Source: a virus. Taken from it: a DNA stretch of 64,000 nt. Position numbers and translations under genes: made by a program. Each line of letters opens with the position of its first letter. Within the stretch, counting starts at the first letter, position 1. Below, one piece after another: positions 1 to 9,669 of this stretch. Where the stretch lies: positions 1-64,000 of the IMG/VR virus record IMGVR_UViG_3300042453_003699, one strand, 5' to 3'. The notes below the pieces were generated by a model. It worked only from the letters and a program-made list of their open reading frames with translations. It was not told the origin of the DNA and ran no database searches.

Positions 1-45
1 GCTCCGTGAGAAGTTCTTCGGACACACGGTTTTCCTTACATCCGT

Positions 46-1428
46 ATGTCCGAAGAACTTCTCACGGAGCGGATTCAACGATTTAGAAATTGTGTCATTC
101 AGCCCAATGGGAAGACTCTTCAATACAAGACCCAAGGTCTTGATATTTGCAAAAACTTCATGCCTCACATTTACGAAGCCCGCGTCGGTAAAAATCAAAG
201 CCCAGTAGTTCAATGGGGTGATGACATTAAGTTGAGGAACTTGATCCTAAACCGATTCAAGTATGCCCCCGATGTATCCGTTGCGAATATGCGTCGTGGT
301 GTAGATTTGAACTTCAAAACAGTGGCTAACTTTAAGCCTTCCGTTTCCAAGTGGATCTGCGAAAACTATGGGAATGGGGGTACGGTTTACCTGCCCGACG
401 CAGGGTTCGGGGGTAAACTTCTCGGAGCTTTGGTTTCGGATGTAAGTGGCGTGATCTGTTTGGACCCTTTGGACAAAACCATTGAAGGGTCCAAAGCGTT
501 GGCGCAACGAGTGGACCCGAACAAACCTTGCCGTTTTGTTATGGACTGCGCGGAGGATTTTATCCCAAAAGATTTGATAGGGGGAGTGGATCTTGTTCTT
601 TCCTGCCCGCCTTACTTCGACAAAGAAATCTATTCAGAAGATGAAAGCCAAAGCATAAAGCGATACACGACTTACGCGGAATGGGTGGAGAGATTCTTGG
701 CTAAGTCGATTGATAACTTTCATCATCTGCTTTCAGAAGATGGTGTGTACGCGGTCGTAATCGGAGATGAGTACCTTGACGATCTGATGAGGTGTGTCCA
801 AGGTAAATTCTACCTGTCTGACCGTTATTATGTGCCCTTGGGTAGCGTGTTCCACAAAAAGGACGGTAAGCATCTGTTCACCTACGAGTCCTTGTTGATT
901 TTTAAGAAAGGATCTCACGCTGGGGTGAGCCTTACCAAGATGGAGGGTTTGGTTCCACCCGCACCCCGTGCCAAAAAGACCGTAAAACGGAGTCAGGTTC
1001 GTAAACAAATTCAAAAAGTTGACGGTTTGTTGTGTATTCAGGCACTTCAGGCTATCGCCTCGCAGGGGTTACCGACCACTCGCGATGCGGTTAAAAGTAG
1101 AGTGGATTTGTTTCCGTTTAGTACATCGAGTGTTGAGAAGCATTTTGGTAGCTGGGGTAATTTCCAGAAGATCGCAGCCGTTGAGTCAGAGTACAAATCC
1201 AATTCGGATAGGCAAAAAGTCATCGACTACAGGCTGATGTGTCAAAAGCACGGCAGGGTGCTATCTTTTCATGAACTTGAGAAAGAAGAGAAAGTTCCCG
1301 CCAGTAGGTACAAGCGTATGTTCAATGCGGGAAAATCCTATAGCCATCTCAAGGACCAGCTAGAACAAGTTATTCTGGCGGACGATGGTATCTTCGAGAA
1401 GTGGTTGGAACAAAACTTCCCTAAGTGA
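46..1428 (+). CDS. Amino (N6A/N4C) DNA methyltransferase-like protein with C-terminal helical HNH-associated-type repeats
   Basis: SAM-binding motif 'YLPDAGFGGKLLG'; catalytic motif IV variant 'SCPPYF..EIY'; C-terminal 'VEKHFGSWGNF' resembles homing-endonuclease-associated repeats. Confidence 0.75.
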   Translation: MSEELLTERIQRFRNCVIQPNGKTLQYKTQGLDICKNFMPHIYEARVGKNQSPVVQWGDDIKLRNLILNRFKYAPDVSVANMRRGVDLNFKTVANFKPSVSKWICENYGNGGTVYLPDAGFGGKLLGALVSDVSGVICLDPLDKTIEGSKALAQRVDPNKPCRFVMDCAEDFIPKDLIGGVDLVLSCPPYFDKEIYSEDESQSIKRYTTYAEWVERFLAKSIDNFHHLLSEDGVYAVVIGDEYLDDLMRCVQGKFYLSDRYYVPLGSVFHKKDGKHLFTYESLLIFKKGSHAGVSLTKMEGLVPPAPRAKKTVKRSQVRKQIQKVDGLLCIQALQAIASQGLPTTRDAVKSRVDLFPFSTSSVEKHFGSWGNFQKIAAVESEYKSNSDRQKVIDYRLMCQKHGRVLSFHELEKEEKVPASRYKRMFNAGKSYSHLKDQLEQVILADDGIFEKWLEQNFPK

Positions 1429-1431
1429 ATC

Positions 1432-1833
1432 TTACTTAGTCTTATTGAGTAGCTTTTGAGCAAGAGCGGGGTGGTTGGAGTAGAATGACTCATTCCTCAG
1501 AGCGGATGCCACACAACCACAGCTTTTTGATTTACCTGATAGTAGCTTGCTCGAACGGATCTTTCTTTCGTTTCCGCAGAAGCATCTACAAAGCCATAGG
1601 TAATTACCGTAGTCGTCCTTGCCGAACGGCTCAATAGCTTCAAGAAACCCAAACTTTGTTCCTACTTTGATCTTTGATCTTTCCTGAAGACGCTTGATTT
1701 TCAGACAACCGCAAGACTTCGCCTTGTAGAATTTGTCTTTGGTTGTTTTGATGGTTTGACCACACTCACACCGACAAACGATGGAATCGCCGTGCTTTTT
1801 GACTATGGTTAGTAGACCGTTTTTGGTTTTCAT
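1432..1833 (-). CDS. Protein with two CxCxCG...SCGC repeats (N-terminal module of HNH/AP2 homing endonucleases), no nuclease domain
   Basis: 'CRCECG...KSCGC' and 'KFGFLEAI...WLCRCFCG...KSCGC'. Confidence 0.7.
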   Translation of the reverse strand: MKTKNGLLTIVKKHGDSIVCRCECGQTIKTTKDKFYKAKSCGCLKIKRLQERSKIKVGTKFGFLEAIEPFGKDDYGNYLWLCRCFCGNERKIRSSKLLSGKSKSCGCVASALRNESFYSNHPALAQKLLNKTK

Positions 1834-2438
1834 GTAGGGTCTGACCTACGACCTCCAAATCGACACAGCGCAGAATACCGAACGGAAGAAACCTCCGTTA
1901 CCGCGTGCTTAAAAAACGGAGGGTCGTTGAGAATCACAACCAGTCTTCCGTAAACAGGCTCAACCTCTCCACAGAGCACCTCGTTTCTTGTGAACCGAAG
2001 TAAGCCCCCATGTTCCGGCTTCCATTCTTTGTTCAGGCATAGAGCCAGATTCAATTCCGCAGGGGCGGACTGTAAATCATTATGTGGAGCCAATCCCTGA
2101 CCCTTGTAGTATTTGACTAGGGACGGTTCCATCAGAAAAGGTCCACGCTTAGAGGTGTAGTGCCTTAAAAGAGGGGACTCATGTACCATCCCCCAGAATT
2201 GGTACACCTCCCTTGGGGCTTCCTTTATGGTTTCAAAAGCGATGCAGTTGGGTACGGATTCTGCGTTACCGTCAGGTCCGTAAAGACCGTCCGTGTCAGC
2301 TCGGGCAGAATCGAAGTCCAATTCGGTCATCAACCTGTACAGATTGTCAACCTGAGCAAACCCATTCAGATCGACATAATCAAACCCTTTTCCATACAGT
2401 TGCTCAAGATCAACTGGTCGAATCGTTTCGATGTCCAT
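1830..2438 (-). CDS. 2OG-Fe(II) oxygenase (prolyl-hydroxylase-like)
   Basis: HxD 'PHND', 'GGLLRF', distal His 'HAVTEV', 'RYS'; start moved to MDIET behind AAGGA. Confidence 0.8.
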   Translation of the reverse strand: MDIETIRPVDLEQLYGKGFDYVDLNGFAQVDNLYRLMTELDFDSARADTDGLYGPDGNAESVPNCIAFETIKEAPREVYQFWGMVHESPLLRHYTSKRGPFLMEPSLVKYYKGQGLAPHNDLQSAPAELNLALCLNKEWKPEHGGLLRFTRNEVLCGEVEPVYGRLVVILNDPPFFKHAVTEVSSVRYSALCRFGGRRSDPT

Positions 2439-2497
2439 AATGTCCTTTTCTATGTAGTTTTGGAGTCCCCTCACCGTTTGTACTCTAATATAGAAGT

Positions 2498-2842
2498 ATG
2501 AGTGAGCGTGCGATGGAATCAGAGCAAAATAGTGTCACCGAGTTGATGGAAGATATTAAGGGTGCTGAATGGCGACCCCTTCTTCTTTTCAAACCGATGG
2601 TCATTAGAGAGCTTTACGAGACTGTCGTTGGCTTGAAGAAAGAGCTGTCAGTTATTAAAGAGCCTGTTTTGCTCAAAGATCTGGCGCTCTTAGATTTGCA
2701 TATAACCAAGGCACATCTGAGCAAAAACAGGAATCAAGCTGAATTCGTAGCGCATATAACGAATGCCCTGATGGATGTAGGCTCGATCTTGGAATGGCTT
2801 TATAGAAACAAGAATTTGAGAAAATCTCAAAAGGGGGATTAA
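2498..2842 (+). CDS. Hypothetical protein
   Basis: Open frame abutting the next gene; TAATAT 6 nt before the ATG. Confidence 0.6.
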   Translation: MSERAMESEQNSVTELMEDIKGAEWRPLLLFKPMVIRELYETVVGLKKELSVIKEPVLLKDLALLDLHITKAHLSKNRNQAEFVAHITNALMDVGSILEWLYRNKNLRKSQKGD

Positions 2843-2843
2843 A

Positions 2844-3116
2844 ATGGCAAAGCGTATCACTCATTCTGGCGAAGTAACTTCCGCTCTTGGCGGATTCAAA
2901 GTTGGAGCTTTCACTAGCTCCGTTTACCTCGGCGACATCGGTCGTCGTAACGGACTCGGCGGAGGCGGATCAATCTACAGCCTCGGTCAAGATCAGTACC
3001 TCGCTTCGGGCGAATCCGTTGACCTCGTGGCTACTGGGGATGTTCTTCTCTCAATCGAGAAGGGTCTCATCAAGAAGCTCGCAGACATCGGTCTTCTCGA
3101 AGTCGAAGATGTATAA
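2844..3116 (+). CDS. Small putative virion protein (paralog of 57060-57335)
   Basis: Shares 'GGFxVG...YLGDIGRR...LGQD.YL..G......TGxVLLS' with 57060-57335; followed by a hairpin terminator. Confidence 0.65.
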   Translation: MAKRITHSGEVTSALGGFKVGAFTSSVYLGDIGRRNGLGGGGSIYSLGQDQYLASGESVDLVATGDVLLSIEKGLIKKLADIGLLEVEDV

Positions 3117-3130
3117 AAATTGATTAGGAC

Positions 3131-3158
3131 GGGCTACCCGAAAGGGTAGCCCTACTTT
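3131..3158 (+). terminator. Intrinsic terminator
   Basis: GGGCTACCC-GAAA-GGGTAGCCC followed by TACTTT. Confidence 0.75.
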
Positions 3159-3159
3159 A

Positions 3160-3408
3160 ATGGATCAAACACGCGAACACAGAACATCTGACCTGTATTT
3201 TGGGGCTTACCTAATGACAGCCGGATGCACGCTTAAAAGGACTGAGCGTGTGTCTAACAGGGTTTTTTTCATCTTTGATTATTCTCCCATGCTCGAAGAC
3301 TTGAAACTTCAGTATTTCAATGGAGAGGCGAAGGTAAAGGCGCAAGCCTATGCCGCTCAAATCAAGAATCTAAAAAGCCTTACCCATCAGACTTTGAACG
3401 CGTCGTGA
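3160..3408 (+). CDS. DUF5659-like small protein
   Basis: 'TSDLYFGAYL...RVFFIF' pattern. Confidence 0.55.
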   Translation: MDQTREHRTSDLYFGAYLMTAGCTLKRTERVSNRVFFIFDYSPMLEDLKLQYFNGEAKVKAQAYAAQIKNLKSLTHQTLNAS

Positions 3409-3443
3409 TCCTTAAAAAACTAATTATTTAGTTCCAGTAGGGG

Positions 3444-4361
3444 ATGCAAATGAGTTTTTTACTAGGTTCCAACGCTGATTTTCTTTTTCCGGTGTCCGCT
3501 CCGGTATCTGTTTCTTCGGTTTCGGTTCTTACTGTACAGGATGTTTCCCCTGCTACCGTGAAGAGCGGAAACAAGGAGCCTTTTACAAACCTCGCCGGAA
3601 CGGGTTTGCAAATTGAAGTTCCAACGGCAGACGCAAGTCTCTTCTACTCAAGGCTTCTGGCTTTAACTCAAAAGCTCGACCTCGACACAGGTATCTTGGA
3701 CGACGACTATGAATCCATCGTGTCGGTTCCAAGTAGAGCCCTGTCAGACAGTTTTAACATTCTACTTCAAAAGCTAGATGACGATGGTGGCGTAACAGAC
3801 GACGACTACCACTCTAGCTTGTCCTATTCGACTAGCGGGTATTTCAGTGTCCAGTTTAACGCTCTCATGGACAAACTGGATGATGATTCCCACATCTCAG
3901 CAACGGATTACTCGTCCCTGAAGATCGAAGAAAAACAAACCATTTCTGTCGCCTTTAATCAGAATCTTGTCCTAGCGAGCGAGATCGCGGCTGTCATCTC
4001 TCATGCCGTGGGTGCTTCTGGGAACTTGGAAGTCACTTCTAAGAATGGATTCGTTGTAATGAACTCCGCCATCTCTGGGTCAGACGCTTACATCGGTATC
4101 AAAAGCAATAACGCGTCTCTGGGACTCAGCGTCTCAGATATTTACGGAACAGACCATCAGCTCATACCCATTTCAGCCGACATCAGCGTTGTGATGGCTT
4201 CACCAAAACTCGCCGCTGTTAGTGTCAGCTTAGACCGAAATCTTTTCTCCATTAACAAGCCCTACTTCATCGTGATGAATGATGGGGGTTCTCAACAGGT
4301 AGAGCGAATAACTATCGTCCGTCAAACTTTAGGCAGTGTTAATTTTGTGGCAGGGCTATGA
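3444..4361 (+). CDS. Putative virion protein with three KLDxD...DY repeats
   Basis: 'LTQKLDLDTGILDDDY', 'LLQKLDDDGGVTDDDY', 'LMDKLDDDSHISATDY'; overlaps the neck gene by ATGA. Confidence 0.6.
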   Translation: MQMSFLLGSNADFLFPVSAPVSVSSVSVLTVQDVSPATVKSGNKEPFTNLAGTGLQIEVPTADASLFYSRLLALTQKLDLDTGILDDDYESIVSVPSRALSDSFNILLQKLDDDGGVTDDDYHSSLSYSTSGYFSVQFNALMDKLDDDSHISATDYSSLKIEEKQTISVAFNQNLVLASEIAAVISHAVGASGNLEVTSKNGFVVMNSAISGSDAYIGIKSNNASLGLSVSDIYGTDHQLIPISADISVVMASPKLAAVSVSLDRNLFSINKPYFIVMNDGGSQQVERITIVRQTLGSVNFVAGL

Positions 4362-5590
4362 TTGCGATTGAGAGAGGTCAACAACTTACAAGCAGTGATC
4401 TTCAGGTGTATGTACGCGACAACGCGAGCAACCTAGTTGATCCTTTCTCTATTACCTATGCCATTTATGACCGCACGGGGGCAAAGCCTGTTCTTGTTGG
4501 AAACAAGCTAGATCAGCAACCCGCTCGTGAGTCGGTCGGTTTTTACTGGGCAAACATTCGGATAGAAGAAGCTGACAATCTCGGAGAGTACGAGATTGAG
4601 TGGACGATCAAACTTACGGAAGACTCCGTAAAGGAGTGCGTCCGGCAGAGGTTTTCAATCGTAAGGAAGAGCGACCCCCTTCAAATGCTTTCTAGCACGG
4701 GCGGGGTCGCCTACTACCCTGGTCAATTCCTCGGACCCCAAGAACTCTACATTCAGGTCTTGAACGAACGAAACAACCCTTTCGACCCAAGCGAGATCAC
4801 TTACGCGATTTTTGATCGAACCACAGGTCTCGACATTCTGGTTGGGAGCCCCGCGCAGTCTCCGGTAAGGACTGGTTGCGGTAAGTACCATGCCAATTTC
4901 CAGATCCCAAAGAGCGCAAACCAAGGGGATTGGATCATCAGGTGGAACTTCAAAGACGAGTCCACTGACAGCGAAAGAAATGTCATTCAGGAGTTCGCCG
5001 TCGTTCACCCATCTACAGTCGTGTCTAGTCCCTATAAAGAAAGGGAGCGGGACTTACTTAGAAGGCTCAGATTCCTTCTTCGCGACAACAACCCTGACCG
5101 TAACTACAAGTTCGTACCGCCCGAAAGCGAGCGGGTTATTCAGAACTTCACTGAAACTTTTGGCTTTGTCTGGACCGACGAGGAGCTGTACGAGTACCTT
5201 CTACTGGCGGTAGACGCGGTAAACAACTACCCGCCTATCGAGGAGCACTCTCTAGTGAGCGCCCCTTCACACCTGTCGGCTTTGGTTGTGTTGAAAGCCG
5301 CCTCCTATGCCCTGTCCGCTCTAGCGATCAACTGGGTTCATGACGAGTTTGACTATTCGATTGGGGGCGTATCTCTTAACATTGATAAGTCGTCCAAGTA
5401 TCAGGGGATGTCCGAAAAGTTTGACCAAGAATATCAGACACAGCTTGAGCGGTATAAGGATTTCGGGGTCAAAGTCATTCTCGGAATCCAACAACCTCGG
5501 TACGGTATTGGTATCGCTTCTGCGTTGGGTCCGTACAGCGGTCGTGGTGTTCAGAACCGTAGAAATTTCATCGGAAGTTATCGACTATAA
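4358..5590 (+). CDS. Head-tail adaptor/neck protein with two N-terminal Ig-like repeats
   Basis: Duplicated 'DP..ITYAI.DRT...G.Y.AN..I...G...I.W'; C-terminal 'LRFLLRD...WTDEELY...YSIGGVSLNIDKSSKY' typical of head-tail connectors. Confidence 0.6.
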   Translation: MIAIERGQQLTSSDLQVYVRDNASNLVDPFSITYAIYDRTGAKPVLVGNKLDQQPARESVGFYWANIRIEEADNLGEYEIEWTIKLTEDSVKECVRQRFSIVRKSDPLQMLSSTGGVAYYPGQFLGPQELYIQVLNERNNPFDPSEITYAIFDRTTGLDILVGSPAQSPVRTGCGKYHANFQIPKSANQGDWIIRWNFKDESTDSERNVIQEFAVVHPSTVVSSPYKERERDLLRRLRFLLRDNNPDRNYKFVPPESERVIQNFTETFGFVWTDEELYEYLLLAVDAVNNYPPIEEHSLVSAPSHLSALVVLKAASYALSALAINWVHDEFDYSIGGVSLNIDKSSKYQGMSEKFDQEYQTQLERYKDFGVKVILGIQQPRYGIGIASALGPYSGRGVQNRRNFIGSYRL

Positions 5591-5659
5591 TTCAATAATC
5601 TCCGCTTGTTAAGGAACCAGTTACCTATAATCTAGGGTCTAGTAACGGAGATTGTTTTT

Positions 5660-6130
5660 ATGTCATTTTCACAGGTTCTCTCTACTCTCAAAGCTCAAGC
5701 TAAGGCGGTAGGAGTATCGGAAGAATCATTTTTTCTGCAACAGCTCCACAAGGTCTCTGCGGGTGGTGATCCTACCCTTCTTCAGAACCTCGTGAATTAC
5801 GCTAACTCGATTGGCGATGTTACCACAGCCGCAGTCATGCAGGATCTATTGAACGGCTGTAAGCGAGTCGGTCAAACAGTGTCAGACATCGCTAGTGGAT
5901 ACATCACAGTAACGGGGTCTGACTCCGTAGTTGTCCCCATCGGATTTTTGGTTGACGAGTTTTATGTGACGCTCGTTTCTCCAACTGACCCTGATTTCAT
6001 TACTTGTTCCCCGAGCGGTGGCGACACCGCAAGCGGATCTCTTTCTGTCCACAGTAGTAGTGCTCATAATCTCGTGATTACTTGGACAGTAGCAGGAACT
6101 CGAACAATTAAATGGCTGGCAAAAAAGTAA
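5660..6130 (+). CDS. Hypothetical protein (possibly structural)
   Basis: GGAG RBS; upstream TATAAT; beta-rich C-terminus. Confidence 0.55.
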   Translation: MSFSQVLSTLKAQAKAVGVSEESFFLQQLHKVSAGGDPTLLQNLVNYANSIGDVTTAAVMQDLLNGCKRVGQTVSDIASGYITVTGSDSVVVPIGFLVDEFYVTLVSPTDPDFITCSPSGGDTASGSLSVHSSSAHNLVITWTVAGTRTIKWLAKK

Positions 6131-6145
6131 CCAGTGTGAGGGAAG

Positions 6146-7447
6146 ATGTACCGGACCGCCGTTTTTACAGGGAGTCGCATCAACGCGATTCTCAACTTTG
6201 AACCTTTAGACAGGGACTTCGTTCTTGTCCCTCCAGAGCTGTCTGATTTTTCAGACAAAGATTTAATTACAAAGTTCGAGATCAAAGACGGAAACATCCA
6301 GAAAAAAGGAACCGAGGTCAAAAAGCCAAAAGTAGCCTTAGTTTCTGATTGGGGAATCAACTGTGGCATCGCCACCTATTCAAAGTATCTAGCCGATGCC
6401 CTGAAGCCCTTAGTGGGGGAACTTTTGATATTGGCTGAAGAGGCTGAAGGTGCGGTTGAAGAGCCAAATGTGATTAGGTGTTGGAACAGAAAAGGGGACT
6501 ATCTCCGAATCATTGAGGAAGCGGACAAGTTCAACCCAGACTTAATCATCATACAGCATGAGTTCGGATTGTTTCATAAGATTAACTTATGGCAATCGCT
6601 CATGAGTCAGCTTTCACGATGGCGTGTCCTTACCACTTTCCACACGGTGCTAGAGCATCGGGTTCCTAACATCGACGCGAGCCTAGACTATAAGGCAAGA
6701 TGCTTTGCTGAGATGGCTTGCCCAGAGATCGTAGTGCATCAGAAAAAAGCGAGAGATACGCTCAGGGACCGAGGTTACTCAGGTCGGGTGCATTACATCC
6801 CGCATGGTTGTTTTTCCCCAAACAATACTCGAAAACTGAAACCCGATAAGTACGGGATGTACCCCGATCAAACTATTTTCCAATATGGTTTCGGAGGCAG
6901 ACACAAAGGTTGGGAGTTTGCCATAGACACAGTTGAAATCTTGAAAGAGAAGTACCCTGAGATTCTGTATCTCGGGGTTTTCAACTTGCCCGTCGGGGGT
7001 GAAGTTCATGCGAGCAACTACCATCAAGAGCTTGTTGAGCGTGTACGCTCAAAAGGTCTAACCAAGAATGTATCACTCATTTCTGGATTCCAGTCTGAGA
7101 CGATGCTGAGAAACATAATCTCTGGTGTGAAGGTAGGGTTTTTCCCCTATCAGAGTCCCAAGAACTGGTTTAGTTGGGGTGCGTCTGGCGCAGTGCAGTT
7201 GCCCCTTTCGATGGGACTTCCTCTAGTTCTCGGAGATTTTTCTCAGTTTGAGGATTATCGAGGCAGGATACCTTTGGTCAAAACCTCCCAAGAAGCGGCA
7301 CAAGAGATCGACAAGCTATTTTCAGACATCGAGTATTGGAGAAAGAGATCGGAAGGGTCTGTGGCTCTGTCCGAGGAAAGGAGTTGGAGCAAAGTAGCGG
7401 CGTGGTATTTGGAATGCACCCGAAACGATGACTTCGACGCTTTATGA
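6146..7447 (+). CDS. Glycosyltransferase family 4 (GT-B)
   Basis: 'NCGIATYS', 'IIIQHEFGLF', 'IPHG', 'HKGWE', 'FPY...ASGA'. Confidence 0.85.
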   Translation: MYRTAVFTGSRINAILNFEPLDRDFVLVPPELSDFSDKDLITKFEIKDGNIQKKGTEVKKPKVALVSDWGINCGIATYSKYLADALKPLVGELLILAEEAEGAVEEPNVIRCWNRKGDYLRIIEEADKFNPDLIIIQHEFGLFHKINLWQSLMSQLSRWRVLTTFHTVLEHRVPNIDASLDYKARCFAEMACPEIVVHQKKARDTLRDRGYSGRVHYIPHGCFSPNNTRKLKPDKYGMYPDQTIFQYGFGGRHKGWEFAIDTVEILKEKYPEILYLGVFNLPVGGEVHASNYHQELVERVRSKGLTKNVSLISGFQSETMLRNIISGVKVGFFPYQSPKNWFSWGASGAVQLPLSMGLPLVLGDFSQFEDYRGRIPLVKTSQEAAQEIDKLFSDIEYWRKRSEGSVALSEERSWSKVAAWYLECTRNDDFDAL

Positions 7448-8442
7448 TCTGTCTTTGCCTAGAGCCTGTCGTAAACCCTAATCTCATGTGTTGTGCGTGT
7501 GGCAACCAGTACAAGCCTCCAAAAAAGACTGGCATTAGGATCAACTTCATCGGTTGGTACGGTATGAAGAATATCGGCGACGATTCGTTCCGCTCTGTTT
7601 TTGAGCAAGCGTTCAATGGGCATGAATTGACCTTTACCCATAAACCTGACCCACTCGCGGAAGTTCACATTCTTGGCGGGGGCGGGGTCGTTGACTTCGG
7701 TTATTTTGACGGATTGGCGGGTTCAAAAAAACCTCTCTATGCGGTTGGGGTAGACATCCCTTTGAATGGTCCGAGGTATGACCTTTTGAAACGCACGCCG
7801 TTCCGAAAGATTCTGGTAAGGTCTAAGGAATACTTTTGGCTTGCTCGCGAACAGGGTCTCAAAAATATCAGCTATATGCCAGACCTAGCGTTTTGGTTCT
7901 CTCCTCCAGAGAGGGCGCTCGCCTCCGGCAAGACGAAACTTGGGGTATCCCTCACAGAGAATTTACTGGAACCTAATCCTCATATCCAAGGGCACATCAG
8001 TCGGGTTCTTCACAGGAAAAAAGACCTTCACGACATCGTGTTCTTGGTCTTCAAACCAGAAGACGAGAGGGTGATTGAAAAGGTAATCAGCCTAAATCCA
8101 TTACCTTGTGAGATCGTGAAACCAGAAACCCCTGAGCAGATGTTGGAGCGCGTGTCTGAACTAGGGCTTATGCTTACGATGCGGTTTCATGGAGCCGTGT
8201 TCGCAAATGTGTGTCGGGTTCCGTTCTTGGGTCTGAGTACGCCAGGGAAGCACTCCGTATTTTGCGAGCAAGAAGATCTACACGACTCTTTCTTAGATTT
8301 CCGTGATGTAAACGAATACAAATTACTCGCCGCGTTAAACAGAATGTCTTCTTTCAAGATGCGAGGAACTCCTCACAAGAATCATGAATTGGTGCGGCGG
8401 GAGCTTGCTCTGATCCGTCACGAGATAGAGCGTCTAGTATAA
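7444..8442 (+). CDS. Polysaccharide pyruvyltransferase family (CsaB/WcaK-like)
   Basis: 'GWYGMKNIGDD', 'LGGGG', 'VRS', 'PDLAF', 'MRFHGAVFA'. Confidence 0.85.
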   Translation: MICLCLEPVVNPNLMCCACGNQYKPPKKTGIRINFIGWYGMKNIGDDSFRSVFEQAFNGHELTFTHKPDPLAEVHILGGGGVVDFGYFDGLAGSKKPLYAVGVDIPLNGPRYDLLKRTPFRKILVRSKEYFWLAREQGLKNISYMPDLAFWFSPPERALASGKTKLGVSLTENLLEPNPHIQGHISRVLHRKKDLHDIVFLVFKPEDERVIEKVISLNPLPCEIVKPETPEQMLERVSELGLMLTMRFHGAVFANVCRVPFLGLSTPGKHSVFCEQEDLHDSFLDFRDVNEYKLLAALNRMSSFKMRGTPHKNHELVRRELALIRHEIERLV

Positions 8443-8493
8443 TTCGGCGGAAAACTTTTTGATTTCGGCGGAAATCTTGAATACAATTTCCGT
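8443..8493 (+). promoter_or_regulatory. Sigma70-type promoter overlapped by two TTCGGCGGAA boxes
   Basis: TTGATT(8459-8464)-17 bp-TACAAT(8482-8487)-6 nt-ATG; boxes at 8443-8452 and 8464-8473. Confidence 0.7.
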
Positions 8494-9630
8494 ATGTCAG
8501 ATGCTTTGATCGTTTACGACGGGTACGGCGATTCAGGCGCGTTCCAAGAACTAGAGCGTGAGCTGTACTCACTCGGGTTGTCGTATCGGGTCATACCTCA
8601 TCTTTCAGAGTACGATAAATGGCGGTCTACCGTTGACCCTTCAAAGCCCGTTTTATTTTATCGAAACGAGTTCATGCGAATTAGTCAAGCTCGTGAGGTC
8701 TTGGAGTTTCATCGAGAAAACCCAAGTTTCCCGTCAACCACCGACACGAGTTGGGGGTTTTACCAGAACCTCACCATCAATCCCTCTCAGTTTGAGATGC
8801 TCGAAGGATTCAAGCTAGAGACCAAGAACCTCTGGAGTTACATCTACGGAGCCGAGTGTCGATTCTTGGACATAGCCAGACCGGAGTATGAGCAAGTTCC
8901 TATTTTTGTCCTTGCTCACAATAGACCGGAGTACCTTACCCTCACTCTAAATTCCTTGCTGTACTCAACGGCTGACCAGACCAATAGGAAGATCGTAGTG
9001 GTATTGAACGAGGCTACCCCAGAGGTGACGAAAGTAGCCCTAAGCTATTTAGCCCACGATCGGACGATGGAGTTCCTGAGTATTAGCCCCAACGCTAAGT
9101 TCGCCTCTTTGAATGTAGCCCTACAGGTCTACAATCCTCGAAAATTCATCTACTGCGAGGATGATGTCATCTTCCCAGAAACCACTAGGAACTACTTCCC
9201 GCAGTGGATCACGCAGTTTGCGAGTAGGCTTTGCGACTTTGATATAGTCGCGTGGCACTACGGTATCGAGAATGTGAATGTTGTATATGGGTTGCAGAGG
9301 CTACATTTACCCGATCACAGTAGGTGGTTAAATGTGAGCGAGCATGAGGGCTTGACGATAGGGGGTCAGTGCTTCTGTACGACTCTTGATTACTACAAAT
9401 CGAAAGCCACGGAATCGAACAACTGGACCCCAGTAGACAAGGATTTTTTCATCGGGAAAGCATATTCACCCGCGCTTCGGCTTTATCACCTTGGTTTCAA
9501 CCACAGGATTGACTACCCGCACCACACTATCAATTCCGATACCTTCAAGGTTTCTTCTGAGCAGTATGTGGCTACAAAACTTTTAACAGGAGAAACCTAT
9601 CAAGTTTCAATTCGAGACCTCATCCAGTGA
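8494..9630 (+). CDS. Glycosyltransferase (GT-A fold, GT2-like C-terminal domain)
   Basis: 'PIFVLAHNRPEYL..TLNSL', acidic 'CEDD' motif, late 'HLG'. Confidence 0.7.
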   Translation: MSDALIVYDGYGDSGAFQELERELYSLGLSYRVIPHLSEYDKWRSTVDPSKPVLFYRNEFMRISQAREVLEFHRENPSFPSTTDTSWGFYQNLTINPSQFEMLEGFKLETKNLWSYIYGAECRFLDIARPEYEQVPIFVLAHNRPEYLTLTLNSLLYSTADQTNRKIVVVLNEATPEVTKVALSYLAHDRTMEFLSISPNAKFASLNVALQVYNPRKFIYCEDDVIFPETTRNYFPQWITQFASRLCDFDIVAWHYGIENVNVVYGLQRLHLPDHSRWLNVSEHEGLTIGGQCFCTTLDYYKSKATESNNWTPVDKDFFIGKAYSPALRLYHLGFNHRIDYPHHTINSDTFKVSSEQYVATKLLTGETYQVSIRDLIQ

Positions 9631-9669
9631 TGAGATGCCTATAATAATTCAGCACGGAGGCTGACGACT

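Noticed and set aside
1-45. N-terminal extension or frameshift of the methyltransferase (in-frame EVLRTHGFPYIR after a TGA at 7-9)
   Set aside because: It looks coding-like but sits at the window edge; a frameshift, sequencing error or upstream gene cannot be distinguished without flanking sequence.
1432-1833. Active homing endonuclease or mobile intron
   Set aside because: Only the Cys-rich N-terminal repeats are present; there is no HNH or GIY-YIG motif and no interrupted host gene.
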